Of a stretch of 64,000 nucleotides of DNA, positions 32,493-42,748 are shown piece by piece (positions within the stretch are counted from its first letter, which is position 1; the number at the start of each line of letters is the position of its first letter). The position numbers were made by a program, and so were the translations under genes. The notes under the pieces are model-generated. The model was not told the DNA's origin. It worked only from the letters and a program-made list of their open reading frames with translations, and did no database searches. The DNA is from a virus (Duplodnaviria; Heunggongvirae; Uroviricota; Caudoviricetes), in the IMG/VR virus record IMGVR_UViG_3300045051_000909, positions 64,001-128,000 of that record; one strand, written 5' to 3'.

Positions 32493-34593
32493 GGGTTTCC
32501 TCCTGACGGCGCAACATCGCCAAGTAGCGCTCGACGAGGTTGAAGTCGTCGGTGCGTTGGCCATAACCCAGAGCCTTGACCACAGCGGCACCATAGCCCC
32601 AATGCGACTGAGTGGCCGTGGGCAACTTCTTACTGCTGCCGGTGTACACCCGGGGATCGAGAATAGCCAGAACACCCCGGTCCGTCTTGGTACGGATGAG
32701 CCGCCCCGCGCCCTGCCGAAGATCAGTGAGCATGGCGGGGACTGCGAAGATGTTGAAGACTTGCTTCTCGGCAACATCCTGAGGAACGCCCCGCGCCACT
32801 TGCTGCTGTACGTACTGACGCACTTGGGCGGCGTACACGGGCTCGCTTGGCATCGGAAAGGGCAGCTTCGTGATGATGACAAGCCGCAACTTGTCACCCT
32901 CGATGTTCACCCCTTCCCAGAACGACTTCACACCCAACAGGAAACTGCGGGGCGTGTTCTTGAACTCCTTGAGCGTGGACTCCGCGTCCTCCCCTTGCAG
33001 GACGATTGGGTTGTCCAGATCCTCCTCAAGAAGCCGAGCGTGGATCTCCTTCATGTCTTCCTTGGAAGAGAAGAGCACGAACGCATTGCCGTCGGACGCC
33101 CGGACCAGCTTCAGTATCTTGCTCTCAAGCTGGTCGTAGTACTTCGACTTGTCGGGATGCCCGCCCGAAACCGGCAAAGGCAGATCCCTGGGCATGTAGA
33201 GCAGGGCCTGCCGGTTGTAATCGAACGGTGTCTCGAGGATGGCTTCGAGCGGTTTGACATAGCCCTCCCACGGCGTGGAGGGGTCCTCGAGGCCAAGGCG
33301 ACGCTTGATGTCCGAGAAGCTGTCGCCGACGGCGATGGTGGCGCTGGTGACAACGACCGTGGACAGTGTGCGCAACTTGGGACCAATCATCGGGCCCACG
33401 CTGATCGGCGCAACGGTGACCGTCTTGTACTTGCGCTCCGACGACGGCGGAATGTAGATCACCTTGTTGTCGCCGGGCTCCTTCAGGTCACGCAGCGTCA
33501 ACCGAGTCTGCGCGAGAGAGCCCCCCAACGACTCCAAGGTGAACATCCGTTTCAGCTCTTCACTATCGGTGGGGACTGTGCTTTCTGCGTCTTCGCTGTC
33601 CCCTGACCGCCGCATCCCGAAGTCATCCTTGAGTGTGGTAGCCACGAGCTCTTCGTAGTCAGCTACCTGCGCGGCAAGGTCGTCGTGCGTCGAGCCGAAA
33701 GGGTCGCGGGCGATCTCCCCCTCCAGATCACGGATGCGCTCAAACGCAGCCGTCCACGCGTCCTCGAGACCCTTGGCATTGAAATGAACGCCAGCACGGT
33801 CACCCGCTTTGATCAGTCGCTTGACGTACTGGGATCCGAGGGACACGCTGTAGGCGCCCTGGAAAGCCTTCTCCGCCTGATGCGCCTCATCGATGACGAG
33901 CACGTCGTACTTACCGAGAATGCGCTGCGGCCCGAACTTCAGGTCGAACGCCACGACGTGATGGTTGGCGATGATGATGTGCGCGGTCTTGGTCTGCTGC
34001 TTGGCCTTCCAGTAGCCACAGCCGCGCTCAGCCCAGGGGCAGCGCTTACCGATGCAATCTTCCGCAGTGGCTTCGTACCAGAACGGAGGGGGACGCCCGG
34101 GGTAGTCAGCGATGTCTCCGTATTCCGACTTCTCGAGCCACTCGACGAACTTCTTGTAGCCGTCGCGGGCAACGAGATCGGTCGCCTTGTAGCGACAGGC
34201 GTAGTTGGACTTGCCCTTGAGCAATGCGACGGTGTAGTGTGGTCGTCCGAGTTTGGCGACAAGCTTCGGGAGATCGTCGCGGAGCTGGTGTTGGAGCTGC
34301 TTCTTGGCCGTGCTGATTACGACCCGTTTGTTGGCGAGAATTGCAGGGACGCAATACCCGAAGCTCTTGCCGATGCCGACGGGACCCTCAATGAACGCGA
34401 CCGCTTTCTTTTGAATGGCCTCTTCGATCAATCGACCCATCTGCACCTGGCCCGGCCGTATCTCGCGGCCCAGCGCGCCGTGCAAAAGAAAGTCATCTGA
34501 CTGGGGCTGCATCAGCTGCCCGCAGGACATGCAGCCATGACCAGCGGGAGCCTGTGGAAGGGGAATGGTGAAACCGCATGCAAGGCACAGCAT
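32464..34593 (-). CDS. DinG/YoaA-family Fe-S DNA helicase
   Basis: EGPVGIGKS, NYAC..DCIGKRC..C, DEAH, SFWEGVNIEG, QGAGRLIR; N-terminal Zn ribbon. Confidence 0.92.
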   Translation of the reverse strand: MLCLACGFTIPLPQAPAGHGCMSCGQLMQPQSDDFLLHGALGREIRPGQVQMGRLIEEAIQKKAVAFIEGPVGIGKSFGYCVPAILANKRVVISTAKKQLQHQLRDDLPKLVAKLGRPHYTVALLKGKSNYACRYKATDLVARDGYKKFVEWLEKSEYGDIADYPGRPPPFWYEATAEDCIGKRCPWAERGCGYWKAKQQTKTAHIIIANHHVVAFDLKFGPQRILGKYDVLVIDEAHQAEKAFQGAYSVSLGSQYVKRLIKAGDRAGVHFNAKGLEDAWTAAFERIRDLEGEIARDPFGSTHDDLAAQVADYEELVATTLKDDFGMRRSGDSEDAESTVPTDSEELKRMFTLESLGGSLAQTRLTLRDLKEPGDNKVIYIPPSSERKYKTVTVAPISVGPMIGPKLRTLSTVVVTSATIAVGDSFSDIKRRLGLEDPSTPWEGYVKPLEAILETPFDYNRQALLYMPRDLPLPVSGGHPDKSKYYDQLESKILKLVRASDGNAFVLFSSKEDMKEIHARLLEEDLDNPIVLQGEDAESTLKEFKNTPRSFLLGVKSFWEGVNIEGDKLRLVIITKLPFPMPSEPVYAAQVRQYVQQQVARGVPQDVAEKQVFNIFAVPAMLTDLRQGAGRLIRTKTDRGVLAILDPRVYTGSSKKLPTATQSHWGYGAAVVKALGYGQRTDDFNLVERYLAMLRRQEETRENSKAGNS

Positions 34594-34739
34594 GTGAGGT
34601 GTTCCTTTCGACGTCGTGGGGTCTAACACAATTTGGTTGATGGCGTCAACGTAGCACTTGTGCGCGGCCCTCGTTCGAGATAGGGTTTACCGCGTAAATG
34701 TCTGGCTTGAAATCTTGTACCAAAAAACCTGGAGATCTC

Positions 34740-35387
34740 ATGGCACAACGTCCCCTCATCGGCGATTTCCGCTCCCCCTCTAATAACGCGCCGCGTACCG
34801 ACGCCCCACCGCCCGCTGAGGAAACGCTGGCCACGCCCGCACCCGAAGCCGCGGTAGCCGAGCGAAGCGAAGAAGTGAACGCCGATGCGGCGAAGGAGGC
34901 GACGGAGGAGGTGCTCAAGGAGATCGAGGAAGAAGCCAAGATGACGCCGGCGGAGCGCTACCGTAAGCGCTTGGAGAAGGCGAAGATCGACATCAACACC
35001 GCTCGCGCAATCTTCGACGCTGTGCTCGCCAAGGGTCACTACGAGGAATACATCTACCTCGGCAAGAAGGAACTGGGTAAGCGTGCCACGCTGCGCACGC
35101 GCCTGTATGAGGACACGCTACGGCTCCAGACCCAGCTCGAGCTCACACGCCCTGTTCTGGGTATGACGCAGGATGACCTCGTCACGCGCTACAACCTGGC
35201 CGCGTCCTTGGTGGAGTGGAATGGTAAGCCCCTCAAGCACGAGACCGACGAAGAGTTCGACGCGGTGGTCAAGTTGTTGCACCGCCTACCGGCTCCGGTC
35301 TACGGAATGCTTGCTCAGGAGCTTGCTAAGTTTGACCGCAAGACAATGATCGTCTTCAGCGAGGGGGCGGTTGAAAATTTCTCGTAG
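34740..35387 (+). CDS. tail assembly chaperone (G-like)
   Basis: GGAG SD; lies before the tape-measure-like gene; ends at a slippery heptamer. Confidence 0.7.
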   Translation: MAQRPLIGDFRSPSNNAPRTDAPPPAEETLATPAPEAAVAERSEEVNADAAKEATEEVLKEIEEEAKMTPAERYRKRLEKAKIDINTARAIFDAVLAKGHYEEYIYLGKKELGKRATLRTRLYEDTLRLQTQLELTRPVLGMTQDDLVTRYNLAASLVEWNGKPLKHETDEEFDAVVKLLHRLPAPVYGMLAQELAKFDRKTMIVFSEGAVENFS

Positions 35388-35450
35388 CCCCGTGGGGGAA
35401 CTCTCGCGCGCATTGGTACGCTAAGGGTCTCCCACTACCTCCACGGGGCT
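35375..35450 (+). promoter_or_regulatory. -1 programmed ribosomal frameshift signal
   Basis: A-AAT-TTC in frame at 35375-35381; 13-bp stem 35386-98/35438-50; -1 frame open to 35779. Confidence 0.85.
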
Positions 35451-35779
35451 CTGCCCAAGATGAGCTCCTTCGGGAACTCTATCGTCGTGAAATGAATGAA
35501 CGAATGGCGCAGACGGCGCTGTTCGCACGGCTGCTTGGCGCAGGTTTGCACGTCCCTGGCAAGACTGTTAGCCAGATGCTGGAACTATATGCACTAGAGC
35601 TCTCGCAGGATCGCTACCGTCCGGCTATCATTGAAGCAATGCGCCAGACACGTTTGGCGCAGGCTGCGCAGCAAGAGGCGGACAAGAAACTCCTGGAGAA
35701 GGTGGAGCAGCTCACCGTCCCCGAAACGGAGCTACCGCCGCTGCCTAAGCCCAAGGGGCGCGCGCGCCGGAGGAAGTAA
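35381..35779 (+). CDS. tail chaperone frameshift extension (GT-like)
   Basis: stop-free -1 frame from the slip site through track ORF 35492..35779. Confidence 0.75.
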   Translation, partial: LVAPWGNSRAHWYAKGLPLPPRGSAQDELLRELYRREMNERMAQTALFARLLGAGLHVPGKTVSQMLELYALELSQDRYRPAIIEAMRQTRLAQAAQQEADKKLLEKVEQLTVPETELPPLPKPKGRARRRK

Positions 35780-38700
35780 ATGGCGGACGGCGACATGAAT
35801 GTGATGCAGGCTCAACTGGGTCTTCTTGGACAGTCTAGTATGAGCCCGCTCGGCATCCCAACTCCGATGCCAAATATGCCGCAGGTGAAGCACCCCGGCG
35901 AGGTCTCTCAAGAGGCCGTTCGACAGACCCAGAGTCAGTCCGTCCAGACGATGCAGTCTGCGATGATGACTCGACCGGGGGCTATGGGTGGCTGGCAGAC
36001 CCCAGGGCAGGTTGGTCCGTTCGGCGGTCCTATCGGCAGCTTCGCACAGCAATTCCAGGCTAACATGTCGCAGATGAATGGGATGATGTTCAACCCGTTC
36101 ATGGCTCAGGCGATGGCCGGCATGATGGGCCAGCAAGGCTTTGCTCCGGGCATGCTGCCCTCGCCGGTTCAAATGACGTCACCGTCGATGGGCATTTTTC
36201 GGTCGTTCCCGCAAGGACCGATGCCGTCGATCCCGCCCGTTCCGCAAATGCCGCTGTTCCAGACCCCGTTTACTCCGCGTCCGGTGTCTCCACAGTTCCA
36301 AACGCCGTACGACTACAACCACGCGTTCTATGGGCAGCGTGCGTCGCAGTGGGAGGGTGCCGCGCTTGCCACGCCGGGTGTTATGGCGCGTGGCGGCGTA
36401 GACTTCGCTGGAACCTTTGCTGGAGCGGGTATCGGCGCGGCTCTGGGCGCGCGCTTCGGCGGTGGCATGGGCGCGCGCTTTGGCGGCGGCCTTGGCGCCC
36501 TAGCGGGGTTCGCGCTGTCTGAGGGCGGCGGTTTCGGTCAAGCCGCTCAGCACATGATGGACGGCCTTAATCCTTTTGCCCCGATGGCGCGGCGTGCAGC
36601 GCAGATGCGTGGCATCACTCAGGAGTTCGTTGTTGGAGGTTCTGAGTTTGGAAGCCCAATGGCGGCACGGCGACTAGGCCGCCAGATCGAAGACGTTGGA
36701 TACGACTCTGACTTTAGGCGCCAAACTGGCGGCCAGTTCTCCGTCCAGGATCTTACTCGCATCACCCGTATGTCGGGGGAGCAGGGTCTACTGGACATGA
36801 CGCAGACCTCGGGTCAGATCGCAGGTCAAGTCAAGAACGTGGCCAAGCTAGTACGAGAGCTGATGCGTATCGTCGGCGAGCCTGACGTCAAGGAAGTCAT
36901 CAAGCAGATGGGCCAGATGAATGCCATGGGCCTATCGATGCCTGAGATGGAACGCCTGGCCCGTAACGCTAAGACGTACGCGCGTATGGCTGGCACCACG
37001 GTCAAGGGAATCATGGAGTCCGGTCTGGCCGGCGCATCTACCTATCAGCAGATGGGGCTGTCGGCAGGCTTGGGTTACGAGATGGGTATGGGGACTCTGG
37101 GTATGGCCCGTCAGGCCGTGTCCGCTGGCGTATATAACCCACAGCAACTTTCAATGCTCGGTGGCGTATCGGGCATTGCTCAGCGTGACATGATGAGCGG
37201 TGCGGCCATGCTCCGCCTGCCCATGATGGCGGCCGGCATGTCGCGCATGGGTGCTAACGGCACCTTTGGGCTCGACCCGTCTTCTGTCCTCGGGTTGATC
37301 AATGGCAACGTCGACATTCATCAGATGACCACAATGGGGGCGAACAACCTGCTCGGTGCGGTCAATAAGGGCGGTGTCGGCGCTCTGGGTATGTACAAGC
37401 TCCAAGAACGGGAGCTTCAGGATCAGCTCGGACGCGTCCTCGGCCCGCGTGGCATGAAGGTAATGACCGCACGCCAGGTCATGCAAACCCAGAAGCTCAT
37501 GGGTCTGGATCAGAACGCCGGCGGTCTAGCCACCGCTGCAATGTCAATGGGTTTAGACGAGGATCAGACTCGACAGTTCCTACAAGAGGCTGGAAGCCCC
37601 GCCTACTGGCGCAACATGCAGACGCAGTCTGAACGCGAACGCATGGAGACCCGTGCGTCTGAGCGTGAGCGTCGAGACAGGGACCGCCCGGGCATGCTAC
37701 ATCGATGGGCGAATCAAAGTCTCGCCGGCGCAGGGGGTCTTGGAAATTCAGCAGCTGCGGGTTTGATGTATGGCGGTGTACGTGACTTTGGGATAGGCAT
37801 CCGCGACACGATCAATGGCGTAGGGTCCTACTTCGACCGACAGGGAGTCGAGGCGGCCAACTGGCAAGCCCGTCAAGCTACGGTGTTCACCGAGCGCAAT
37901 CTCCTGGCGTCAAGCCCCGCGGAGGAGCGCCAGATGCGTGCGCTCAGTGGCAAAGAGATGTCAGGGGCTGCCCGCGAGATGGAGGCTTTGGCGCGTCGTC
38001 GTAGTGGTGAGGGATCGCTCTTTGGTGTCCGTAGCGGCTCGGTTGGGTTATTCAATGACGCTGTGATGGGGGGGGACTCGATGGACCTCGCCCAAGCGCG
38101 CGCAGGGCAGGGAGGTCTCTCTGGACTCATCGGCGGTGGGGTAGCCGAGGGGATCGTCCGTCTAAGTCCGTTTGGCGCTCTCTTAAGCTCAGGAAGTGAA
38201 GTCCGTGCGGAAAACGAGCGGATGTCTCGAAGTGCAAACACTACGGGTCGCGGCCTATCTATGTCCGGTGGTGAGCGAACGTCCAGCATGAAGAAAGTTT
38301 CAAAGGCATTCGGCGGCGAAGATAAGGCGATGGAATTCCGCATGCGCCTTGAACAAAAGATGGCTAAGATCGGCCGCGATAAGACCGGTGTTGTAGGGGA
38401 TACTGGAGCTATGCAGGGAGAAGAGTTTGGCGCATTCGAAGAAACCGCTCGCGAGATGGGTCTCAATACAGCACAGCTAGGGGATGCGCGTGGGGCCATG
38501 ACCCAAATGGCCGCGCGAGGGGCCAGCATTGAATCTAAGACCACCGGTGGAGGTGAGCTGCGCTTCTTCGATGCGCAGAGTATGCAGAAGGAGGGTCAGT
38601 GGGCGGCTGCGGCACAGGATTATATGACGGGTGTAAAATCCGACCTTTTCGGAAACAACGACGGCCTCTCTGGCTGGCTAAGTGATATCACCGGCGGCTC

Positions 38701-39487
38701 GGTACGCACAGGGGAGGAAAGACGGCGCGACGAGGTCATGGACATGCTGGCCAATGTCTCACCGGAAGTAGCGACCGTCGCATCTCTTATTGCAGCCGGA
38801 AACAAAGTAGAAGCGGGCAAGCTCTTAATGACGCTCCCGGAGGACCGCCGAGGAATTGTTGAAGATGATGCCAACAGCCTGGTAGCCCAGGCGGACGCCG
38901 CCGGTAACAAAGACCTCCTGGCCAAAATGGGCCGGAAGGTAAACACAATGCAGAATCCAAAGGCACAGCGTGCCTGGGTGGAAGGCAACGTCAAACGCCA
39001 TATCGCAGGTAAAGCGATCACACAATACCGCTCTGGGGTTAAGAAGCTAGTTAAGGACAGCTCACTGCTCGCCGACTCCATCGCACCCGACAGCGTGTTG
39101 CGTAAGCTGTCAGGCCTAAACGCTGACCGCCTCGAGAGCGCCGGCGTCAGCGCTGCGGGTAAGAAGATCATCGCTAAGTACAAGGGAGCCCGGACGGACA
39201 AGGAGCGTACGGCCGCCATTAATGATTGGGAGAACCTTGGCACTTCGCTTGGTGACGTGCAGGAGGCCAATGCGCGAGGTGGTGATATTACCTCGAGCGA
39301 AGGTAAGTACGATACCGAGCAGGGATCAATGGCGGCTACACAGACCGATCTCGCCAAGAACTTCCCCGGAAGCGTCGACATCTTTGCTGACGCGTCTCAG
39401 CAAATGCTCGAGGCGGCGAAGATGCTCAAGCAGATCGCACCGGACACTTACTACAACCCTGGTACGAACACGATGCGGAGGCCGTAA
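35780..39487 (+). CDS. tape-measure-like protein
   Basis: 1235 aa, A/G/M-rich helical composition, directly after the frameshifted chaperone. Confidence 0.75.
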   Translation: MADGDMNVMQAQLGLLGQSSMSPLGIPTPMPNMPQVKHPGEVSQEAVRQTQSQSVQTMQSAMMTRPGAMGGWQTPGQVGPFGGPIGSFAQQFQANMSQMNGMMFNPFMAQAMAGMMGQQGFAPGMLPSPVQMTSPSMGIFRSFPQGPMPSIPPVPQMPLFQTPFTPRPVSPQFQTPYDYNHAFYGQRASQWEGAALATPGVMARGGVDFAGTFAGAGIGAALGARFGGGMGARFGGGLGALAGFALSEGGGFGQAAQHMMDGLNPFAPMARRAAQMRGITQEFVVGGSEFGSPMAARRLGRQIEDVGYDSDFRRQTGGQFSVQDLTRITRMSGEQGLLDMTQTSGQIAGQVKNVAKLVRELMRIVGEPDVKEVIKQMGQMNAMGLSMPEMERLARNAKTYARMAGTTVKGIMESGLAGASTYQQMGLSAGLGYEMGMGTLGMARQAVSAGVYNPQQLSMLGGVSGIAQRDMMSGAAMLRLPMMAAGMSRMGANGTFGLDPSSVLGLINGNVDIHQMTTMGANNLLGAVNKGGVGALGMYKLQERELQDQLGRVLGPRGMKVMTARQVMQTQKLMGLDQNAGGLATAAMSMGLDEDQTRQFLQEAGSPAYWRNMQTQSERERMETRASERERRDRDRPGMLHRWANQSLAGAGGLGNSAAAGLMYGGVRDFGIGIRDTINGVGSYFDRQGVEAANWQARQATVFTERNLLASSPAEERQMRALSGKEMSGAAREMEALARRRSGEGSLFGVRSGSVGLFNDAVMGGDSMDLAQARAGQGGLSGLIGGGVAEGIVRLSPFGALLSSGSEVRAENERMSRSANTTGRGLSMSGGERTSSMKKVSKAFGGEDKAMEFRMRLEQKMAKIGRDKTGVVGDTGAMQGEEFGAFEETAREMGLNTAQLGDARGAMTQMAARGASIESKTTGGGELRFFDAQSMQKEGQWAAAAQDYMTGVKSDLFGNNDGLSGWLSDITGGSVRTGEERRRDEVMDMLANVSPEVATVASLIAAGNKVEAGKLLMTLPEDRRGIVEDDANSLVAQADAAGNKDLLAKMGRKVNTMQNPKAQRAWVEGNVKRHIAGKAITQYRSGVKKLVKDSSLLADSIAPDSVLRKLSGLNADRLESAGVSAAGKKIIAKYKGARTDKERTAAINDWENLGTSLGDVQEANARGGDITSSEGKYDTEQGSMAATQTDLAKNFPGSVDIFADASQQMLEAAKMLKQIAPDTYYNPGTNTMRRP

Positions 39488-39490
39488 GCT

Positions 39491-39694
39491 ATGTCGACCA
39501 AGCTCATCGTTCCGACCTCTATCAACATCGTCACCTTAGTGAACGACACCATCCTCAAGAACTACCGTGAAGGATCGTCCGCTGAGGTCGTGCTGCCTAG
39601 CCTCCGCCAGCGCGCAAAGATGATTGTTCAGGAGCAGGGGGCCATTGCGGTCCATGAGGAAGAGATTGCCGGCACTGTGATGGTAACGAGGTAA
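39491..39694 (+). CDS. hypothetical tail-module protein
   Basis: 67-aa ORF in operon. Confidence 0.65.
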   Translation: MSTKLIVPTSINIVTLVNDTILKNYREGSSAEVVLPSLRQRAKMIVQEQGAIAVHEEEIAGTVMVTR

Positions 39695-39696
39695 CT

Positions 39697-40635
39697 ATGA
39701 CGTCCCCCTTTGACGGATTCAGCGACTACGATCTCCGAGACTCGTCGTTCGCCTCGGTTCTCGAGGGGGCGAGCAAGCTTGGGCTGCCGCTACCGCGTGG
39801 CGTGTTCGCGCAGAATCCGGTCGCCACCCCTAAGTACACCAAGCAAACGCCGAATGGCGTGCGCGAGGCGGATTTCGCGGAGACCTTGGCGCGCCTATTC
39901 GTGCAGGTTGGGCGCCAGGAGTATGACAAATTCCTGAACTCCGTCGCCGCGAGCGGGGACTCATCGGCTGTGGCCCTGGCTAAAGTTCTCGCGGGTACGA
40001 ACCTAGGCGTTGGCGACGGACAGGGCGGCGCAGGTTATATCGACTTCATTCTTCAGAGCGCGCAGCACAACTTAGCGGAGCGTAAAGAAGTTGTTCCGCT
40101 GCTCTCGAATAACTACGTCGTCTACTACTTCGGCGCTGAGCCCCCGACGTTCATGTACAACGGGGCACTGATCAATAGTAAGGAAGACGATCAGGCGCAC
40201 AATATGTACCGAGTCTACCGGGACATGATCCGGGGTACGCAGCTCGCCCGTCGCCGCAAGTTGGTTGCACTGCGTTACGACAATATGATCGTCCGTGGAA
40301 CTACGGACAGCATGGGCTGGTCGATAAGCGCTGACAATGAGATGGTGTGCCCATTCCAGTTCTCTCTACTGGTCAAGACGATCACCTTGCTGCCCAATCC
40401 GGATGCGGCCATCTACCCGCTCAGCGAGCCATTCGCGGGGTCTGATGTACTGCCGAAGATGGAGAGCGCCGACGCTGTCCAGACGCGCTCTAAGATGTTC
40501 CGTGTTACACTTGTCCCACCCGAATCTAACACTGCGGCTACGAGCGCAGAGGGTACGCGCGCGAAGGTAGAGACCACTGCCGCTACGACCCCCGCTTTTG
40601 GTAGAATGGACAACTGGACGCAGGGCTCTCGGTAA
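39697..40635 (+). CDS. putative baseplate/tube-initiator protein
   Basis: 312 aa after the tape measure, GAGG SD; function inferred from synteny. Confidence 0.55.
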   Translation: MTSPFDGFSDYDLRDSSFASVLEGASKLGLPLPRGVFAQNPVATPKYTKQTPNGVREADFAETLARLFVQVGRQEYDKFLNSVAASGDSSAVALAKVLAGTNLGVGDGQGGAGYIDFILQSAQHNLAERKEVVPLLSNNYVVYYFGAEPPTFMYNGALINSKEDDQAHNMYRVYRDMIRGTQLARRRKLVALRYDNMIVRGTTDSMGWSISADNEMVCPFQFSLLVKTITLLPNPDAAIYPLSEPFAGSDVLPKMESADAVQTRSKMFRVTLVPPESNTAATSAEGTRAKVETTAATTPAFGRMDNWTQGSR

Positions 40636-40644
40636 GGAGCAGCG

Positions 40645-41211
40645 ATGGCCAGCAACAACGACTTCGTCATCGCTGTTTACGACGTAAATGGGGACCCCCT
40701 CCCCGGGGTCACGCCTACTTGGGTTTTCCTCAAGGACGTAGGCACTGGTAGCGACGTAACGCCGCCTGATGTGACACACATCTCCAATGGGGTCTATAAG
40801 GCTGCGCGTGCCGCTCTCCTGGAGCAGCATATTGCGGGGCTCATTGACTTCGGCGCCTCAGCCAAGCCCCGGTACGTCCTATACGAAGATCCGCGCGTTG
40901 ACGCGCGCCCGCCCTACGTCTCCTTTATTGGCGGTGGCGCGACGTCCAATCCTGTGGTCGCGCAAGTAGACGTGCCGCGCCGCAACCAGGTCAGGGTGAC
41001 CTTCTCTGAGCCTGTTGTGATGACTGGGGACGTGAACGGGGCTCTGCGGCTTGCTAACTACGACATCCCAGGCCTAACGCTATACGCGGTGTCGCGCGTG
41101 AGCGATACTCAAGTGCTGCTAACCACGGCAGTACAGGTCCCGGGTACAGCGTATAATCTCACCATCTCCAACGTGGAAGACCTGGACGGAAATCCCGTCG
41201 CTCCTCTCTAA
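40645..41211 (+). CDS. structural protein with C-terminal Ig-like domain
   Basis: VRVTFSEPV..LANY.IPGL..DLDGNP; paralogous to both ends of 47821..49044. Confidence 0.7.
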   Translation: MASNNDFVIAVYDVNGDPLPGVTPTWVFLKDVGTGSDVTPPDVTHISNGVYKAARAALLEQHIAGLIDFGASAKPRYVLYEDPRVDARPPYVSFIGGGATSNPVVAQVDVPRRNQVRVTFSEPVVMTGDVNGALRLANYDIPGLTLYAVSRVSDTQVLLTTAVQVPGTAYNLTISNVEDLDGNPVAPL

Positions 41212-41223
41212 TAGGGAATCCCA

Positions 41224-41649
41224 ATGCCTGGATTCAGTCACTACCTGGAAGGCAAAATTATTGGGGCCGTGTTTCGTGGCCTCGCGTTCCCAGCCCCGCC
41301 TGCTAATCTATACCTAGCGCTCTTTACTGCGTCGCCAGGAGAAGCAGGGGAGCTCACCAATGAGCTCGTCCCTGAGACAAGCCCGGGGTACGCGCGGGTA
41401 ACCCTGAGTACATTGGCCTGGGGAACGCCGGTCGTGTACTCATCAGGCACGCTGATCGCTAATGCAGGTACCATCGAGTTTCCTGGGGCGAATGGTGACT
41501 GGACGGGGCCTATCACTCACTTCGCATTGCTTGACGCCGCGTCGTTTGGAAATGTGTGGTTCCACGGCGCACTAAGCGCGCCGCGAACCGTTCTCAGTGG
41601 TGACGTACTTCGCTTCGGTCCTGGGGCGCTAAGCGTTCTAATTGATTAA
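41224..41649 (+). CDS. tail-fibre adaptor-type protein
   Basis: YLALFTA..GYARV..IEFP.A.GDW..ITHFALLDA..GN; paralog of 44933..45343. Confidence 0.75.
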   Translation: MPGFSHYLEGKIIGAVFRGLAFPAPPANLYLALFTASPGEAGELTNELVPETSPGYARVTLSTLAWGTPVVYSSGTLIANAGTIEFPGANGDWTGPITHFALLDAASFGNVWFHGALSAPRTVLSGDVLRFGPGALSVLID

Positions 41650-41655
41650 CGTCCA

Positions 41656-42741
41656 ATGGCTCTCGAGAAAACATGGCAGTACGCCCTGAACCAACCCATC
41701 ACGGGCATCTCTACAGTCGCCGGACTGTCGAAGGCGCAGATCCTGTCCCTAAAGAACGGATTGCTTGGAAATGGTGTTACCTTCACGGACCAGAGCGGTG
41801 CTGTCATAGATAGCCCCAAGGCACTCTGGGCGATGTACGCATCTTGCGATGGGACTACTGCCGGAACTATGAATGACGGGGTTGACCGCATCGGGGTGGA
41901 TCCAGCGAAGCTGGTCCGCGCGGCGGCTGGTGTTGCCCATTCATGGTTCGTCCTCAAGTCTCCCCTGATGTCCAATAAGTCGTTCACAGGTGCGTATTTC
42001 TATCTCATCGTGGACGTGTCCGGCGCCGACGACCAGCGTATGGCCCAGGTGGTGATGAGCAAGGCCGCACCCACGGGTGGAAGTACTACTGCTCGACCTA
42101 CCGCGACAGATGAGTGGGTCATCTCTCCGGCGAACACCTACTGGAACGCTAATACGATCACCACGGGTCATGTGAACTTCGTGTTGAGCACTGAGGGCTC
42201 GTGGTTCTGGTACTGGATTCCGGGCAACCTCAACATCCCGACCAACACGTTCGCGGCTTTGTTGATGGAGGATGTGTACGCAACGGACCAGTACCCGCTT
42301 TTCTGTTGGCAGGGCTACTACACAGCCGGAGGCGACGGCGTAATGAGTCGCGCTCTACAGATTCTTTACTGGGCCAACTATGGCACCAACTATCTGGTAC
42401 GTAACCGAACTCATGACGGATCAGCACTAACAGATCAAGGGGTTATCTTCCCAGTCAGAGGATCCGGGGCTTCGGGATTTACCGATTTTACAGCGGCATC
42501 GTTTGGTACTTATTCCGGAGACTACCAGACTCGCTATATGCCTGACTTTCCATGTTGGGTCATTAGCCTTTCGACAGGATACTATGGACTTCGCGGTAGG
42601 CTCCCGGACATGTTCATTACAGGGAATAACCTTCCAGGCTTCGGCTCTGCACGCCTGTCAACACCACTTGGGCCTGTGGAATATGTAGATCTTGGTGGGT
42701 TCCTGTATCCGTCCAATTCTTCGATTGTGTTGAGCTACTGA
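41656..42741 (+). CDS. fibre/appendage protein, paralog 1
   Basis: EKTWQ..LKNGL.GNGV..SCDGTTAGTMNDGVDR..GRLPD. Confidence 0.7.
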   Translation: MALEKTWQYALNQPITGISTVAGLSKAQILSLKNGLLGNGVTFTDQSGAVIDSPKALWAMYASCDGTTAGTMNDGVDRIGVDPAKLVRAAAGVAHSWFVLKSPLMSNKSFTGAYFYLIVDVSGADDQRMAQVVMSKAAPTGGSTTARPTATDEWVISPANTYWNANTITTGHVNFVLSTEGSWFWYWIPGNLNIPTNTFAALLMEDVYATDQYPLFCWQGYYTAGGDGVMSRALQILYWANYGTNYLVRNRTHDGSALTDQGVIFPVRGSGASGFTDFTAASFGTYSGDYQTRYMPDFPCWVISLSTGYYGLRGRLPDMFITGNNLPGFGSARLSTPLGPVEYVDLGGFLYPSNSSIVLSY

Positions 42742-42748
42742 GGTCACG

